Notes under the pieces: generated by a model
Database searches by the model: none
The model's input: the letters and a program-made list of their open reading frames with translations, nothing else
What the model was told of the DNA's origin: nothing
Program-made: the position numbers and the translations under genes
Virus record (IMG/VR): IMGVR_UViG_3300035210_000132
Coordinates: 28,596-92,595 of that record
Source: a virus
Length of the DNA: 64,000 bases
Direction: 5' to 3' (one strand)
Part shown: in pieces, positions 20,212 to 29,925 of the stretch
How the letters are laid out: each line of letters starts with the position of its first letter
Position numbering within the stretch: position 1 is the first letter of the stretch

Positions 20212-22457
20212 TATCGCACCACTCCATCTCGGTCGGAAGCAGTCGACCTATTCTGTAGAGGGGCTTCAGTGTTGGTCGCTACTGGCTCTAGATCTCTAAG
20301 GTCTTCCTCTGTGGTAACTGAGGCTAGATCCGTCCTTCCCACCACCTCTATTGCTGCCATCAAACGACTGCCCGTAGAAGCAGTGGTGGTGGCAAGAGAG
20401 AAGAAGTCGAAGAACCGCCCATGGTTCAAGAGATCCAGGCCACGATCTATAGATCGTTCTTCTAGGGCTCGAACGATCTGTTTGGCTACTTCTGCATACT
20501 GCGCCGCATCATCATGAACCTCTATGACCGTCATGGCCTCGAGGAGCACAGTCAGTTTGTCTACTAGAGCTTGTATGTATTTCTTGGCGTCGTTGATCTG
20601 AGCCAGGGTGGGGCGAGATACAAGAGGGCTTAGGACTCTCTGCAAGTTCAGCGCATCGTTGGCGAAGGTACCTGCGCTAGGGGTAATCACCATGAGGAGT
20701 CTTCGTACTGCGTAGACGATCGGGGCGTTGATGATTACCGAGGCTTTGGTACACCTAGGCAAAGGGACGGAAAACCTTAGTCGCGTGCCCTCTACGGTCT
20801 TGATAGGGCTGGAGAGATTGCGGTTGGAGGACAGGTTAATGTCGTTGGTGACAACCAAACTTCCTGGGTAGACATCTACCGTCAGCGGGTCGATGGCTGC
20901 ACCGTCTTCTACCAGCTCCAGGTACGAAGGCTCTGCTGTGACGGTGCCGATAAAGCCCCAGTAGGTTGCCAGTTCTCCCTTGAAGCTAAGAGAAGAGGTT
21001 AAGGGATCCCCCTTCGAGGTGATCTTGAGCCGTCCTCCTTCAGCTACGTCGAAAGTGGCCGTAGGAACGTTAGCTGCGAGTACCGCTGCTACGAACTGAG
21101 GAGAAGGACTGTCTAAGATTTCACCAGTCTGGCCATCCGTGAAGCCTAGGATCGTATGGGCCGAAGGCGTTGCTGCCGTGTACACACCCGCTTCATCATA
21201 AGTACCTGGAACTGAGCCGACCACCGTCATGGAGAAGACCTGACTGAAAGCGACCAATAGAAGTCGATTGCTGCCAGGAGCTACCTCAACTGCAGTACCC
21301 CAAGTAAGGCCGGCATTCAACGCATCCAAGATCTGGGCTAGCGAGGCGCCTCCGAAGGTAGTGGGTAGCGAGACTGAGACCGTTTGCTCTGGTATAGGAT
21401 GCCCTTCGCCATCTAACCCCAGACTACCTCCAGGACCAGCACTGAAGTGCACGTAGAGTTTGTGCAACACCCCTAGGGGGTAGGTATCTAAGAGCGGGCT
21501 ACCGAGGATCCAATACTTACCTGAAGAAGAAAAGTAAGGGAGAGTGACCGTGTAGAAGTCAGGGTCACTCTCTGTCTTCATGATGAAATCCGATCCAGGA
21601 CTAAGGTACAGTAATCCCGAGATCGTGCTGGTCGCGGTAGCCGGTACGGTTTCCGAAGAGACGCGGATGTCTCTCTTGCTGGGTAAGACTCCTGTCTCTA
21701 CGGAGGGGTCGAACAAGGTTCTGGTGTTGGCTATGGACTCTAGGGCTGAAGTGCCTGCTAGGAGCTCTAACGCGGCTGCCGTGTTCGACAGGGTCCTGTC
21801 TTGGACACCTTTAAGAACGCGACGTAAAGAGGACCTTACCCGAGTCACGGTCTGAGTGGCTACGATCTGACTCAGGTCTACCCTCTCGAAACTGGCAACA
21901 CTGTCTACGAGGTATTGTAGATCAGCAGCCATCGTAGTGTGCATCGGACCAAAGTAACTCAAGGTGGCGAAGATGTCTTCCTTAGCCTCAGAACCAGAGC
22001 GCTCGAACTCACTGCGCCGACGCCGCTTCAGAGACTTCCCCAGCTCCACGTTCAAGAACCGCTTAACAGCTGAGGTATACCTCCCATACGCCTTGACATC
22101 AGATCCCAAGCGTCCTATCCGATCGACCTCCACCAGAGCGGTCTGTGCCTCTACCAGATCACTTGTGTCGCTTACTGCAGTATCAGGGTTGTTAACATCG
22201 TCTACCGCCTTGAACAAGAAAGCCAGTACTTCTAGGTCAGCGGTCAAGGTCTGCTGAAGCAGATTCTTGGCCTTCATCACAAAGCTCAAAGCCGCTTGAG
22301 GGAAAAGCAAGAAAGTAACAGCGATAGACTCCAGGATAGCCTGGACCTCTGATGCTTTGTCTGCCGCAGCGTCTTCCCTATTTATGGTAACGGTCCGCTC
22401 TAAGAACTTCCTGACGGCACTTACGCTGTCTACGTCACTACTCTTCGCCATCAGCAA
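20211..22457 (-). CDS. Large structural protein (748 aa). Position is compatible with a baseplate hub or spike role, but this is unverified.
   Basis: Long ORF coupled at both ends; no motif recognised. Confidence 0.5.
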   Translation of the reverse strand: MLMAKSSDVDSVSAVRKFLERTVTINREDAAADKASEVQAILESIAVTFLLFPQAALSFVMKAKNLLQQTLTADLEVLAFLFKAVDDVNNPDTAVSDTSDLVEAQTALVEVDRIGRLGSDVKAYGRYTSAVKRFLNVELGKSLKRRRRSEFERSGSEAKEDIFATLSYFGPMHTTMAADLQYLVDSVASFERVDLSQIVATQTVTRVRSSLRRVLKGVQDRTLSNTAAALELLAGTSALESIANTRTLFDPSVETGVLPSKRDIRVSSETVPATATSTISGLLYLSPGSDFIMKTESDPDFYTVTLPYFSSSGKYWILGSPLLDTYPLGVLHKLYVHFSAGPGGSLGLDGEGHPIPEQTVSVSLPTTFGGASLAQILDALNAGLTWGTAVEVAPGSNRLLLVAFSQVFSMTVVGSVPGTYDEAGVYTAATPSAHTILGFTDGQTGEILDSPSPQFVAAVLAANVPTATFDVAEGGRLKITSKGDPLTSSLSFKGELATYWGFIGTVTAEPSYLELVEDGAAIDPLTVDVYPGSLVVTNDINLSSNRNLSSPIKTVEGTRLRFSVPLPRCTKASVIINAPIVYAVRRLLMVITPSAGTFANDALNLQRVLSPLVSRPTLAQINDAKKYIQALVDKLTVLLEAMTVIEVHDDAAQYAEVAKQIVRALEERSIDRGLDLLNHGRFFDFFSLATTTASTGSRLMAAIEVVGRTDLASVTTEEDLRDLEPVATNTEAPLQNRSTASDRDGVVR

Positions 22458-23046
22458 CCACCAACGTAGTCTCCAGGGCCAGGGTAATAGGATCTTTTCC
22501 TGTACGCTCTAGAAACTCAAACTTCTTGACCTGGTCTCTAGTCAAATTCTTAGCCCACTCCAGTAGTTCTTTTGCAGGCAAACGAAACAGGAAGCAGATG
22601 TTCTCGAAGCTATTAAAGAGCCCAGAGGCTTCAAAGAACCATTTCCTGGCATCCTCTGCATATTTTCTCAGACGGAGATCGGCGGAATCCCTCCACAAGG
22701 CATAGTCGTAAGCAGCTCGGATGATGACCTTGACCCACATAACCCGGCAGGGGGTGTACCTTTCCTCGGAGAAGCTCTCTTGTGGAAGTGCTTGTCGTTT
22801 CTGTTGCAGTGTGAGGGGTAGGATCTTGGCAACAAAAGGAGGAGGGGCCTCAATAACCTCTATAGGAAGGGGTACAGGAGTCACGTAGTGCTCCTGCATC
22901 TCGGACAGTAACCTGACCTCCTTCACCAGCTCCTGACGAGCCTGCCGACCGACACCGTTAGTGAAGCCTATGCAAGAACTCAAGATCAGAATGTTCTCGC
23001 GAACTAAAGCAACGTCCCCCGTCAAGCTGCTGATAGACACTCTCAT
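22438..23046 (-). CDS. Hypothetical protein (202 aa).
   Basis: ORF overlaps both neighbours by a few nt. Confidence 0.5.
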   Translation of the reverse strand: MRVSISSLTGDVALVRENILILSSCIGFTNGVGRQARQELVKEVRLLSEMQEHYVTPVPLPIEVIEAPPPFVAKILPLTLQQKRQALPQESFSEERYTPCRVMWVKVIIRAAYDYALWRDSADLRLRKYAEDARKWFFEASGLFNSFENICFLFRLPAKELLEWAKNLTRDQVKKFEFLERTGKDPITLALETTLVVADGEE

Positions 23047-23954
23047 GGTGTCACCGTCAGGATCAAGGTATCGGAGATAAAAGGCTCGATGGGGTCGAAG
23101 TGAGCAATGGAAGGCAGAAGTCGCTTGACCGAGATGTTGGCTACTCCAGGGCTCAGGGGCTTGATGGTGATCGATCCCACCGACACACTAACATCGGCCA
23201 CAAGCGGGTTGTCGTTGAAGATAGAGACTCCTGCCCAAGCAAAGCTGTTCCAACGATCGACGTTATCGTTCCACAAGACCGATACGGTGTTAGACCTATC
23301 TTCTGTGGCCGAGAGGGGGAGACTAACCGAGAGCGCAGGTAGGAATGTGGCATCTACGGGGACAGGAAAGAGCAGCTTGTGTAGCTCTATGGCTGGTTGA
23401 TCAGGAACCACGATGGCCAGCTTAGCTGGAGGAGAAATGCCGAGGAAAGACTCCAGATAGAGGAAGTAGATTTCGTAGGGCTCTTTGCGCAGTAAATCGA
23501 ATTCGAAATAGCCGTATTCGTCAGAGGCCATCTCGGTCTGTTTTTCCAGGTCTACGATGTTACCGTCGAAAACGATGAGCTTCGTGGACGGGGCTACCAC
23601 CAACCTAGAGCTGTTCCTTCCTCCATCTACACCGACGATCTTTCCTGAGATACGGCATTTCCTAGGATCAGAGCTCTCCGGAAGAAGGCGTTCATGACAG
23701 CGCACCAAGAACGAGTTGGTCAGCAAAGAGTCGACTACGATGCGCTGAGGCTGCTTGGGGAGAATGGTTACGCCTGGTTTATAGAAGCCTATGTCGTAGG
23801 TGCCATCAGGAAGCGAGATGGTAACGGAACCATTGAGGTCAGTAACTCCTGTTGTCTGGAATAGGCCATCTATCCCGTAGAATTCTACATGTACCCCCGT
23901 CACAGGAGAAGAGAGCTGGAGGTCATTCTTGATAAGCAATGTGACCAGGGGCAT
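23043..23954 (-). CDS. Structural protein with two carboxypeptidase-regulatory-like (prealbumin-fold) repeats and a C-terminal Big-like Ig domain (303 aa).
   Basis: 'TDLNGSVTISLPDGTYDIGF' and 'DEYGYFEFDLL...YEIYF' are typical of the CarboxypepD_reg fold. 'SVGSITIKPLSPGVANISV' is Ig-like. Confidence 0.5.
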   Translation of the reverse strand: MPLVTLLIKNDLQLSSPVTGVHVEFYGIDGLFQTTGVTDLNGSVTISLPDGTYDIGFYKPGVTILPKQPQRIVVDSLLTNSFLVRCHERLLPESSDPRKCRISGKIVGVDGGRNSSRLVVAPSTKLIVFDGNIVDLEKQTEMASDEYGYFEFDLLRKEPYEIYFLYLESFLGISPPAKLAIVVPDQPAIELHKLLFPVPVDATFLPALSVSLPLSATEDRSNTVSVLWNDNVDRWNSFAWAGVSIFNDNPLVADVSVSVGSITIKPLSPGVANISVKRLLPSIAHFDPIEPFISDTLILTVTP

Positions 23955-23956
23955 CG

Positions 23957-24904
23957 CTAGGACATCCTGATAGGCATGGGAGGGGCGGTGTTGATGCTAA
24001 ATAGGTCAGGAGAGGTGGAGAGAGCCTCGAGCAAGTCGAACTCATCCTCATTTGGTACAACTAGCTCTCTTTGGTAAGGAGTGCCTTCAAAGAAGATGCG
24101 GTACGTTGCCCCCTTGATGACCTCCTGAGCAGCGTAACCAAAGCTGTCCGTCGTAGCGATGATCCGGTCCACACCAGGAAGAGCGCTGTAGGTCATCCCG
24201 GAGCCCACGTCTACGCGGCTCACAGAAACAGGAACAAAGATGATTCTCTTGCCTATCAAAGGCTTTCCTGCTCCATCAGCCAGATAAGCAAACGCCTTTG
24301 CCTTGAAGCTAGAGACGATGACCGTCTGAGGAGCTCCCTGCTGGGGAGCAGAAAAGGGACTGGCTGCTCCTGTCTTCGTCGAATAGAACCTGGTCCGGTA
24401 CCAATGAAGAGGAGACCCGCCAAAGTCGCGAAAGCGGTAGAGGGAGGTAGTGGGGGTTAGCTTGATGGTGCCGCTCTTACCTGAGATGATCTGAGAAGGA
24501 AGGCCCAGTGTCACCTGGGCACCCCCTGTAACAAAGATGGTTGCCTGGGTACCACTTAGTGGACTGACCAGAGCTAGTTTCCCGTCCGAGGCAAAAGCCA
24601 GTCCAGGTATTTTGGTGTTGATTTGTTTGATGACCGTCTGCAGGTCGATGGGAGTAGGCCCCAGGAAGGGGACAGTGACTGCATCTGAGCCACTGAGAGA
24701 GATCAGTAGACTCTGACCACTCAAGTTCCAGGGACCCTCCACGGTACCGACCTGGGTTGCTGGGGATGGCGTATCGCTTGTAACAGCTATGTAGGGGGCA
24801 GGTGAGCCGGACTGATCTACAGATCGCCAGACCTGGATGACATCATAAAGCGCCACCACTCCCGTTAAGTCGTCTACGACAATATTGAGACTGATGGTTG
24901 CCAT
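23957..24904 (-). CDS. Hypothetical tail protein (315 aa), immediately downstream of the repeat protein.
   Basis: Coupled ORF; beta-rich. Confidence 0.5.
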   Translation of the reverse strand: MATISLNIVVDDLTGVVALYDVIQVWRSVDQSGSPAPYIAVTSDTPSPATQVGTVEGPWNLSGQSLLISLSGSDAVTVPFLGPTPIDLQTVIKQINTKIPGLAFASDGKLALVSPLSGTQATIFVTGGAQVTLGLPSQIISGKSGTIKLTPTTSLYRFRDFGGSPLHWYRTRFYSTKTGAASPFSAPQQGAPQTVIVSSFKAKAFAYLADGAGKPLIGKRIIFVPVSVSRVDVGSGMTYSALPGVDRIIATTDSFGYAAQEVIKGATYRIFFEGTPYQRELVVPNEDEFDLLEALSTSPDLFSINTAPPMPIRMS

Positions 24905-24906
24905 GC

Positions 24907-27900
24907 TTACCTCGGTTTCGGGTCAGGGACTTGTTGCCCAGAGAGCTCTGCGGAGGTGGTGGACCCCTCGGCTACCTTGGGTCCTGGACCTGCTCCTCCT
25001 TCCCCAAACACTACCCCAGATGCATAAGCCTCGGAAGTTCCAAGTACGATCGCAGTCGCCTCGATGAGGTTACGGACAAGGTCGACCGCTAGATTTTCAT
25101 CGAGAGGAAGGAGCTCGGCAATTAAGGCATAAAAGTTGGCAAGAGCCCGCAGTTCTTCTACAAGCTCGACCTGCTCACTCAGATTTACCCGAGCTCCTAA
25201 GGAAGCATTCAGCTCCTCACTGATGGTCAAGAGCTCGGCAACGGCCACAGGGTAGTTCGCCGAAGCCCCAATCGCCTCCAAGACTTGAACCGTCTCCACC
25301 TGCTGCTGGATAAAGTGCGCCAGCAGAGAGACAGATTCCGAGACGATCAGGGTCTCGGATGGCTTCTCCTTGAAGCCCGCACTCGCCGTCATTGTCTCAG
25401 TGATAGAGAGGGTCTCTGAAGGCCTCTGAAAGTAGGTCGCAGCGGCTCGTAGCGACTCTGCCAGAGATACGGTCTCTACCGGCGTCGGCTTGAATCGGGC
25501 CAGGGAGGCCAGAGCTTCGGTGAGTGATATGCCTTCTGAGAGTTGGGCCAAGAGCTTCTTGGCAGCGACCAGAGATTCGGAAACGGGAACACTCTCGGAG
25601 AGGCTAGCGTGCCGACTGGCATGCACGGCCACGGCCTCAAGAAGACCGACCAGCTCTGCTTGGTGCTCATAGTACTTGGCCAGGGTCGAGACTGACTCAG
25701 TGACCACCAAAGTTTGGGTGAGGGCCGTGCGCATCTTCTGCGAGACGGCGAGGAGCTCGGTCAAGCTAGTCGTCTCTGCTAGAGCGACCACGTACTTGTT
25801 GTAGGAAGACAGCGCCTCCGCTAGAAAGACGTTATCCAGAAGCGTCTGCCGGAAGTGCATGACTGCCCTGACGGCTTCAGCTAGGGCAGGAGATTCGGTG
25901 AGATTGAGTCGGGTGGCTACCTTGGCCGTGACCGCTTCGAGCAGCCCCACTGCCTCATTGATGTGTACCGTCTCGGTGGCAGTGACTTCTGAGCCGACCA
26001 GGACCGTGATGGCTTCGATGACCGAGAGGATCTCGGTGATAACGGCATGAGCACGGACCTGGCTGACCAAGCTCTCAAGGATAGTTACATACTCTTGGAG
26101 AAGCGGTTTGGCCCGGAAGGTCGTTCCCAAGCTCTCGTTCAGGGTCATGAGTTGCGAGAAGGTCTGCTTGGCGGCCCAATGCGAGGCCAAGGCCTCACTG
26201 ACAAGGAGGGTCTCCGAGAGGATGAAACCAGCCTTGGATTTGCTAGCCAGGGACTCGGCAACCGATACCGTCTCTGTGAGTTGGGGCTTGGCACCTCGAA
26301 TCGAGTTCAAGAGCTCAGCCAAAGAGACACTTTCCGAGAGGCTCTGCTGCGTGACTCGCTTGCTAGCGAGTAGCTCACTGAGAGGCACCGTCTCCGAGAC
26401 CGGAGCGGCGATGTACCTGCCCACCCGTAGATCTTCGAGGAAGGTGACGATCTCAGAGACATGGGGGAAGGCCGAAGCCTTGGTGATGAGGGCCTCTACC
26501 AGGTTCGGACTCTCTGACAGCGCCTGGAAGGACTTGAGTTTGGAGCTGATGAGCTCGCTAAACGCTACGTTCTCGGAGAGGGCCTGCACCACCCTCTTGG
26601 CGAGGTTCAGGGTCTCTGAGAGCGCCAGGTTCTCACTGAAAGCAATGGTCGAGGCTTTCCTGGCCAGAAGTTGCTCGGTCAATCCTACCGTCTCGGTTAG
26701 GATCGTTGCCAAGATTTTCTTGGAGCTCAGAGACTCAGACAAGCTGAGCGACTCAGCGAGACCAATGAAGGCCTTCCACTTGGACGCCAGAGCTTCAGAG
26801 AGCGTTGCCGTCTCAGAGAGACTAACCTTGGCCACGCGAGCTGCGATAAGCGTCTCGGCTAGAGTGACGCTCTCTGCTAGAACCTGAATCACCACTTTCC
26901 TGGCGTTCAGGGTCTCCGTGAGAGTCACTGTCTCCGAAATTTGAGCGTAGCTACGACGGCTAGCTGCAAGGCTCTCAGAGAGCGAGTCAGTCTCAGTGAG
27001 GCTGGTGATGGCCCTCATCAAGGTCGCCAGGGACTCCGAGACCGTGATGGCAGTCTCAGAAACCGTGATGAACGAGTGTCTCGTAGCAGTCAGGGCTTCC
27101 GTAAGAACAGAACTCTCACTCAAGATCTGCTTCGTCGACCAAAGACTGCTCAAGCCCTCCGAGAAAGGCGTCAGGGTCTCGAAGAGAGCTACCACCGCAT
27201 TGGCGCTCAGGCGCGCGATGGAATTGTAGCCAGCTATGAGAGGCGTGCCTACGGGGTTGCGAAGGACGGCTCTGAAACCGTAGCTGTTGAGAAAGACCTT
27301 GAGGTAGAGATAATCCTGGAGGGCTTGGACGATGTGTTGGGAGACAGATAGACCTTCGCTGACCGACAAGCTCTCACTCAGAAGAGCGGTGTAAGCTGTC
27401 CCCGTGAACAGAGGGGCATCAAAGAAACCAAGGCCGGGAAAGCCCGTGACATCCGCATAGTCATACGCATCTGACCAGCTTCTGGCAACGATATCAGCCT
27501 TCGAGGGGAAGGGCAGTACAGTAGGGCCCAGATAGGTGTCAGCGTAGCTGAGCACGTCTAGGACGGCGGGGGCTCCGGCGCTGTCCAAAGCAAACAAGTA
27601 GAGCTGGGCGCCCTCATTCTGATTCGGGGTCCACGTGACTCCGTACGTTCCTGCGGCCACCACCACCTGAACAGCAACGGTGCATTGAACGAGAGCCGCG
27701 TCTTCGGTCACGGAGTCAACTCGACTCCACCCTGCGCTAGGCGTCATCGTGTGCAGCCCGTTGCCGATCCCGCCGTCACCCCAGCACAGCGCGACCAGCA
27801 CCGCAGGTCCTTCGACGGTAACACTCACAGCGGTTAGGGCAGCTGGGTAGAGACGCTCAACCCAGGTGGCAGCGGCAAGTCGTAGAGCTGAAGTGACCTC

Positions 27901-28899
27901 TACGGCAACCAGAGTTAGCTCGTCGTGGCTGCTTTTGGCAACTGCGACAACATGGTTCGCTCCGCCACTTGCGCCGATCTTGGCGTAGATGGCAGTCCCT
28001 GAAGAAGTCCAGTTCGTATACGTGTGGGAGGCGCCCACCTGAGCATAGAGGTTGCCCTTGTTGTCTGTGGGAACGACTTGCTCAGCTTGGATACCTCGAC
28101 CAACGGCAACGAGTATGGTGCTGCCAGAGGTTTGCGTGGTGCCCGGAGCCGTAGACACCGAAGTAGCAAGATCGTCAAGATATGAAAAACCGAGACGGTG
28201 CACTCCAACTTGCGGCCCGGTAGGGGCCGCCTTGAAACTGACGATCGCCGCGGACCAGGCTGTCTCGGCCAGGTTGGCCGTGTTGGTCCAGGTCCATGCG
28301 GCTGAGTACGTGCCGATGGGCGCGCCGTCACGGAAGCAGATCTCGGCGCCGGCGTCCGTCGTCGTGTTCTGCGCGGCGGCGGCGCTGGTCCACGAGGCGG
28401 GCGGGTCGGTGAAGCCCGTCGAGACGCGACCCCCGTTGGTGGTGCTGGTGCCGAGGGCAGCGAGCAGGATGTCGCCGACCTGTGTCGTTGTGATCGAGTT
28501 CGTGTCGCCGGTCGTGACCGACGTCTCGCCGTGATTCGTGTTGCTGACGTCGACGGCGGTGCAGGGTGGCAGCTCGAGGAGGACCCAGGTGCCCCACGTC
28601 GACACCGCGCCGTAGGACTGCGTGAGCGTGTGCGTGCCCGCGCTCGCCGACTGGCGCCACCAGACGCCGATCTTGGTCGCGTCCGCCCCGGTGTTGCCGG
28701 TGGAGTTGGGTGTGAGGACGGCCGCCCAGACATCGCCCGAAGAATCGGTCGGCGTGGGCCAGGCAGCGTCACCGACAAGGCCACTCGTCGAGACGATCAC
28801 GACCACGAGGGTGTTCCCGGCCGTGACGCCGGAGAGCGAAGCGGTGGGGAGCGACTGGAGGCTCTGGAAGCTGCCGTTGGCCTTCTGGATCCAACTCAC
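24907..28899 (-). CDS. 1330-aa protein made of an N-terminal ~480-aa globular beta-rich domain (its first ~200 aa are encoded by very high-GC DNA), about 34 tandem 20-aa repeats (consensus LSETxxLSExLxxKxxxxxx), and a short Gly-rich C-terminus. Candidate tail tape-measure protein (gene order sheath-tube-chaperones-TMP) or, alternatively, an alpha-helical fibre.
   Basis: Repeats read directly, for example 'LSETATLSEALASKWKAFIG / LAESLSLSESLSSKKILATI / LTETVGLTEQLLARKASTIA ...'. It lies downstream of the 650-aa gene, the two tube-like paralogs and three small ORFs. Confidence 0.6.
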   Translation of the reverse strand: MSWIQKANGSFQSLQSLPTASLSGVTAGNTLVVVIVSTSGLVGDAAWPTPTDSSGDVWAAVLTPNSTGNTGADATKIGVWWRQSASAGTHTLTQSYGAVSTWGTWVLLELPPCTAVDVSNTNHGETSVTTGDTNSITTTQVGDILLAALGTSTTNGGRVSTGFTDPPASWTSAAAAQNTTTDAGAEICFRDGAPIGTYSAAWTWTNTANLAETAWSAAIVSFKAAPTGPQVGVHRLGFSYLDDLATSVSTAPGTTQTSGSTILVAVGRGIQAEQVVPTDNKGNLYAQVGASHTYTNWTSSGTAIYAKIGASGGANHVVAVAKSSHDELTLVAVEVTSALRLAAATWVERLYPAALTAVSVTVEGPAVLVALCWGDGGIGNGLHTMTPSAGWSRVDSVTEDAALVQCTVAVQVVVAAGTYGVTWTPNQNEGAQLYLFALDSAGAPAVLDVLSYADTYLGPTVLPFPSKADIVARSWSDAYDYADVTGFPGLGFFDAPLFTGTAYTALLSESLSVSEGLSVSQHIVQALQDYLYLKVFLNSYGFRAVLRNPVGTPLIAGYNSIARLSANAVVALFETLTPFSEGLSSLWSTKQILSESSVLTEALTATRHSFITVSETAITVSESLATLMRAITSLTETDSLSESLAASRRSYAQISETVTLTETLNARKVVIQVLAESVTLAETLIAARVAKVSLSETATLSEALASKWKAFIGLAESLSLSESLSSKKILATILTETVGLTEQLLARKASTIAFSENLALSETLNLAKRVVQALSENVAFSELISSKLKSFQALSESPNLVEALITKASAFPHVSEIVTFLEDLRVGRYIAAPVSETVPLSELLASKRVTQQSLSESVSLAELLNSIRGAKPQLTETVSVAESLASKSKAGFILSETLLVSEALASHWAAKQTFSQLMTLNESLGTTFRAKPLLQEYVTILESLVSQVRAHAVITEILSVIEAITVLVGSEVTATETVHINEAVGLLEAVTAKVATRLNLTESPALAEAVRAVMHFRQTLLDNVFLAEALSSYNKYVVALAETTSLTELLAVSQKMRTALTQTLVVTESVSTLAKYYEHQAELVGLLEAVAVHASRHASLSESVPVSESLVAAKKLLAQLSEGISLTEALASLARFKPTPVETVSLAESLRAAATYFQRPSETLSITETMTASAGFKEKPSETLIVSESVSLLAHFIQQQVETVQVLEAIGASANYPVAVAELLTISEELNASLGARVNLSEQVELVEELRALANFYALIAELLPLDENLAVDLVRNLIEATAIVLGTSEAYASGVVFGEGGAGPGPKVAEGSTTSAELSGQQVPDPKPR
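25150..27430 (-). repeat. About 2.2 kb of in-frame tandem 60-bp repeats (~34 copies, degenerate) encoding the 20-aa repeat; recurring core GTCTC(N)GAGA on the plus strand.
   Basis: 60-bp spacing of 'accgtctctgtgag', 'cactttccgagag', 'caccgtctccgagac' (26266/26328/26386) and many more. Confidence 0.7.
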
Positions 28900-28932
28900 A
28901 AAAGTACCCCGCCGCCGGCGAGAGCCATAAAA

Positions 28933-29451
28933 CTACCCGTTCGGGTAGATCGTGTTGGGAGTGGTGCCGTAGATGTCGGGGGACCCGGCCTTGTACATGT
29001 TCAAGTAGTGCACTTCGTACCAAGGTGTCGTGACACGGAAGTTCCCTGATCCGTCAGAGGTCGTAGAGTCCTGAAGGCTGTCGTCGGCAGTCCGGAAGAG
29101 CTTGACGATGCAGGTACCCATAGGGCTGCCGTTGCCGTCACGCGACTTGCCCGTGATGACGTAACGGATACGGGTACCAGAAGTGTACTCCGGGGGCTCG
29201 AAGCCTCCAGCAGAGTAGGCATCCCCAAAAGGCAGACCAAGACCTGTCTCACCAGCACCAGAATCTCCTATAAGACCCCCGCGCCCAGGCCAGTAGAGGT
29301 TCCGGAACTCCCCTTCGATCTCTTTTGACCAGGGGTTGAGCTCGAGAAATCCATGGTTGCCCCACGCGGTGCGAATACGGGATTCTGCCCCCGTCAGGTT
29401 GTTGGCCTGGACGATGTTCACGTACAAGGCCGCTCCGACGAACTGACTCAC
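28933..29451 (-). CDS. Hypothetical protein (172 aa). Its position just upstream of the repeat protein is compatible with a tail assembly chaperone.
   Basis: ATGA-type 4-nt overlap with the upstream ORF. Confidence 0.45.
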   Translation of the reverse strand: MSQFVGAALYVNIVQANNLTGAESRIRTAWGNHGFLELNPWSKEIEGEFRNLYWPGRGGLIGDSGAGETGLGLPFGDAYSAGGFEPPEYTSGTRIRYVITGKSRDGNGSPMGTCIVKLFRTADDSLQDSTTSDGSGNFRVTTPWYEVHYLNMYKAGSPDIYGTTPNTIYPNG

Positions 29452-29753
29452 TTGGGCACCGGGGGTTTGCGATCGTCTCGATCATCGATGGCCAGATCGT
29501 GGTAGCCCATATCCCCTCTGGCCTTCCACCCCAGACCCTCTGGAGTCACCAGCTCGACGTCTCGGTTGGGCATGGCGATCTTCTGACCATCTGGCCTCAT
29601 CTGTCCGCGGATGGCGTCTTCGGCATGCTTCAGCATGGCCAGCGCGTAGGCCTTGTTGCCGATGTACCCTTCCACCGAGAGCGCTCCGTTGTCGTGGTGC
29701 TTGATGGTGATGGAAGCCACTACGGTGTCTCTCGTGAGATGGGGATCAGCCAC
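29448..29753 (-). CDS. Hypothetical protein (101 aa, GTG start).
   Basis: Its start overlaps the stop of the 56-aa ORF (GTGGCTGA). Confidence 0.45.
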   Translation of the reverse strand: MADPHLTRDTVVASITIKHHDNGALSVEGYIGNKAYALAMLKHAEDAIRGQMRPDGQKIAMPNRDVELVTPEGLGWKARGDMGYHDLAIDDRDDRKPPVPK

Positions 29754-29916
29754 TGACCGCCGCCTTCTCGAAGATCATGAGCCAGAGGATGTTCCCATCG
29801 TCTCCGGTGTAAGGCGTGGCCAACGTAGTGATGAGGCGCCAGCCATCACTGGCTCTGGAGGTGATGGTGCTTTCGAGTTGCGGCCAGCCCACTTTTTCCA
29901 CTGCGTACTCGTACAT
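29746..29916 (-). CDS. Small protein of 56 aa missed by the ORF track (MYEYAVEKVGWPQLESTITSRASDGWRLITTLATPYTGDDGNILWLMIFEKAAVSG).
   Basis: ATG at 29914-29916 preceded by GGAGGCAGAG, an SD with 5-nt spacing. The SD overlaps the TAG of the upstream gene, and the ORF's TGA overlaps the GTG of the next gene. It fills an otherwise unexplained 170-nt gap. Confidence 0.45.
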   Translation of the reverse strand: MYEYAVEKVGWPQLESTITSRASDGWRLITTLATPYTGDDGNILWLMIFEKAAVSG

Positions 29917-29925
29917 CTCTGCCTC

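Noticed and set aside
27915-29049. Long alternative-frame ORFs inside the 5' end of the repeat-protein gene (27915..28784 -, 28052..28534 +, 28328..28660 -, 28531..29049 +).
   Set aside because: They are Arg/Pro/Ala-rich artefacts of the ~70% GC island. The 1330-aa frame is the only one with protein-like composition, coupling to neighbours and a continuous repeat structure.
29746-29780. Possible programmed -1 frameshift fusing the 56-aa ORF to the 101-aa ORF (tail-chaperone G/GT style).
   Set aside because: The downstream frame is open for only 7 codons of overlap, and no slippery heptamer (X XXY YYZ) is present in 'ATGATCTTCGAGAAGGCGGCGGTCAGTGGCTGA'.
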